This document shows, one piece after another, positions 60,681-64,000 of a stretch of DNA of 64,000 bases. The notes below the pieces were generated by a model, which was given only the letters and a program-made list of their open reading frames with translations, was not told the DNA's origin and ran no database searches. The stretch comes from Octopus vulgaris (taxonomy: Eukaryota), in contig OX597816.1 in NCBI GenBank assembly GCA_951406725.2, forward strand, positions 155,248,001 to 155,312,000, in the 5' to 3' direction. Made by a program: the position numbers and the translations under genes. Within the stretch, counting starts at the first letter, position 1; each line of letters begins with the position of its first letter.

Positions 60681-61027
60681 GTATAAGAAATGTTATGTAC
60701 CTTGCCACAGAACATAGATTTTATTACTTACACAAGAATTGGATTAACAACGGAAAAGTCACAAAAAAAAAAAAAAAGAAATGCTAAAATCGGTTTTAGA
60801 GTAAGTTTTCTTTGTAATCCAGAAGAACTTCTTCGAATAGCCTTTAGCTTTTACTTCTATTTTATATGCAAAACAGTAATATGATCTCCTGCTGCTCCAT
60901 GTCAATTCTTGACGTAATGTTTTCAACGATGTATCTTCGTTTCAATTTTAACTGTGAGTTGTTTTCATACACGGAATATATGCAAATGTGAAGAGTTTCA
61001 GAGAGTCGGTGATAAAAAAGAAAGAAA

Positions 61028-61081
<54 letters not shown>

Positions 61082-61794
61082 GAGGGAGAGTTAAGAGTTT
61101 GTTTTTATGTTACATTTTCCTCCATATTATTCAACGTGCATAACTTTCTTTAAAAGAAAAGCCGCTAGAAAGTACAGCTGCAAAAACTGTTCCGAATAAG
61201 AAGGAATCTAAAGAATGCATTTAGTGAATCTTTGAATATGCATTTATTCATTTATTCATTCTGTTGATACGTCTATTTACTCCACTAGAAATAGTACCCA
61301 CATCCCTCTCAAATTGCACCCAACATCATAAATAAAGAAATGCATTGGGTGATATAGTTCTAGATATATTTCTATCTAAAAGATTAGGTTTGTCATGGTG
61401 AGAATGTCTTTCAACTTAGGCCTGATGAACAAAGCTTATCCTGGGGTAAACAATAACAGCAACAACAACGATGATGATAACAATAATAATATTCGTACCA
61501 ACGGTTTTCTGTTCACTAACCAAATTAATTAAATCTGTCATAAAACTTATTTGCAACTGGGCCATTTAGCTGATATTAATGTAGGAGCTAACACTTAATC
61601 TGGTCAACCATGAAATTTCCATTAATTAAAGTTGCACCATTTGTGATAAACTTCGCCTTTGGTTCACTCTGAGTCAAGAAAGGCAGAGAATACAATCCCA
61701 AGAATTTGAATTAATTGAAAAAATAAATTACTATCAATTCGATAACATTGCATTTAGCATTTTTGTTTCATCGTCTTCTTTTGTCATTCCATAG

Positions 61795-61978
61795 TCTACT
61801 GTGTGTTAAGGCGACGTTTGCATCCTGTGATGTTGGAGAACTGTGCAGTCTCGAAAACCACACCCAATCATATCAACCGCATTGTAATGCAGATCAACGA
61901 ATCGTACACAGCGTTGAGTTTTTCCAACCCGGATATGGAGATCAACCAAATCCCACGGGCACAAATAAAATGTATCCG
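61795..61978 (+). CDS. ALK: ALK/LTK-family exon (end of TM, juxtamembrane, start of kinase domain)
   Basis: ccatag|...CG|gtaatt, phase 1/2. VYCVLRRRLHPVMLENCAVSKTTPNHINRIVMQINESYTALSFSNPDMEINQIPRAQIKCIR parallels ALK exon 20 VYRRK...LKEVPRKNITLIR. Confidence 0.85.
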
Positions 61979-62369
61979 GTAATTATAAATTTTCTATTAT
62001 ATAAGAAAGCAACAGATTAAATCAAATTGAATACTGGAAATATTATTGTTCTAAGAGCGGAATAGTGATAAGGTAAAAGGACTCTACGCTTCCTCTATTC
62101 TTATGTCTGAGAGTGCTGTTGCACGAGGTTGTGTCCAGTAGAATCATGCAGTAAAATGTATGCATAAGTGTATATACATATACATATAACTTAGATATGT
62201 TTCGGCCAGAAATTGGCCCAGGTCATATCTAACCTCGGATAAATTCTGAATGTAATGCTGAGGTCGTTTGGGCAATGCTGGTGGTATATGCTGCACATTG
62301 TGTGAAATGTGTAACGGTCACTGCGGCGCAGGAGAGAATAAAGGCCTAATGTTTTAAGGCGGTTTCAAT

Positions 62370-62660
62370 AATTAAGACCAGACATGCATTTTATCTTTGT
62401 ACTGAACTCTCTCTGGATGACTCAGATTTTTGTAGCCGTACAATGTAGAAGAAGAGGTGAACGATGGTATTTGTACTCTGTACCGGAAAGTTCTTAGGCC
62501 CCAAGAGTTTATTCTGTGAGCCATATCGATTTTATTATCGATGTAGGCACTCCAACTGAAAATATTATCAACAATCACTCCTGAGGTCCTGATAATAATT
62601 TTCCCTCATTTAACCACATGTTTTTGTCCGCCCATTGACTTAAGGCATGTGGATCAAACT
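62370..62660 (-). mobile_element. Highly degenerate CR1/L2-like LINE remnant
   Basis: Weak RT C-terminal similarity (DLG.IVDN.FSW, LRTF, ERVQ). Confidence 0.35.
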
Positions 62661-63072
62661 GGAGTTCAGTTCGGTTTTATATAAAACAGTTGTTTGATAT
62701 AAATGAACAAGCTGTTTGCGTTTTCACAAAACTTTATTTGACAAGTTCGAAAAAGGAACGAAAGAGCTAATAATAATGAAGAAATAAAATATTTTTTTTC
62801 CAAAATCCTAACTACACATTTTCTCAATATTCAATTTCTGTACATCACACTTAACACTCTCTACATACATACATACATACATACATACATACATACATAC
62901 ATACATACATACATACATACGTACGTACGTACGTACATACATACATACATACATATATATATATGTATATATATATATACATAGATATATATACACATAT
63001 ATACATACATACATACATATATATATGTGTATATATATATATATATATATACACATATATATATACATACAT

Positions 63073-63103
<31 letters not shown>

Positions 63104-63172
63104 GTAATGGTAAGACAAAAAAAGAATGAAAGAGACCTCGATATTATGTAAATATTATATCTGTAATATAAT

Positions 63173-63256
63173 ATGTCGCAATTATTCGGTTGCCATAATA
63201 AAACTCCGACATCCAAAACTCGGAATTTTATTATGCAACCGAATAATTGTCACATT
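63173..63256. repeat. ~84-bp imperfect palindrome (tiny MITE-like)
   Basis: atgtcgcaattattcggttgccataataaaactccga and tcggaattttattatgcaaccgaataattgtcacat pair around a 10-nt loop. Confidence 0.7.
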
Positions 63257-63326
63257 TTATATTACACAGACACACAGACACAGACACACATACACACACA
63301 CACACACACAGACACACACACACACA

Positions 63327-63400
<74 letters not shown>

Positions 63401-64000
63401 GGAAGAATTCACAAAAAACAAATGACGAAGACAGGTGGTGTAGACAACAAACACATGTATTAGTTTAACGCTCGGGAAGTGAAAATATCTTTAACGTTTC
63501 TAGCCTACGTGCTTCCACAGAAAAAAAAACACAGAAAGAAACAGGAAGAGAAAATAAAAAATGTGTAGTGGCTAGTGATCTATCATGGCGAATGCCGGAC
63601 AGAGGGGACACACAGGAGAGCTAGGTAGAAGGGGAGATAATAAAGTAGTCGTGATCCCAAAACGAAGGTGCGCGTGCGTGGGTATCAGAGAGCATTATGT
63701 GCGTGTGGAAGAGGGCTGGTGACTTTGACGTGTGCGTGTGTGCATGTGTAGGTGTGTGGATGATGGTGTGGGTCTGGGAAGTGGTCAGTACTAGTGTGTG
63801 CGTGGTGGTGTGATGTGATGTGGTGTTGTGTGGTATGGTGGTGTATGATGTTGTGGTGTTTGGTGTCGTGGTGTTGAGACGTGGGGGAGGCGAGAATGGG
63901 GAAAGCAAGAGTGGGGTGTGGGTTAGGCTGCGGGTGGGGGTAGATGTGGGGTATGTAGGAGTGGGTGTAAGGGGTTGGGTAGGTGTGGGATTGGCTGAAT

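Noticed and set aside
61748-62020. Listed 90-aa ORF
   Set aside because: Wrong frame; the ALK-like exon lies in another frame within it.

Overview
AT-rich eukaryotic DNA packed with microsatellites. The SINE and repeat families look like those of an octopus or other coleoid cephalopod (inference). Six + strand coding exons of an ALK/LTK-family receptor tyrosine kinase are present (Gly-rich region, EGF-like domain, TM, juxtamembrane up to the kinase start). Their intron positions and phases match vertebrate ALK, and the gene runs off both window ends. The first 11 kb is a nested palindrome. A 5'-truncated, frameshifted Neptune-type Penelope-like retroelement (RT + GIY-YIG) is framed by inverted arms of at least 3.6 kb. 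The arms copy the element's 3' UTR plus about 1 kb of ordinary flanking DNA and a second pLTR. The pLTR carries an array of ~44-bp stem-loop repeats and a minimal hammerhead-ribozyme-like motif with a U3:A8 core (five copies). Further hammerhead-like motifs abut (TA)n/(TG)n tracts in the introns. The introns also hold Dong/R4-like LINE fragments, two non-autonomous Helitrons, MITEs and several tRNA-derived SINE families. Almost all listed ORFs are microsatellite artefacts.
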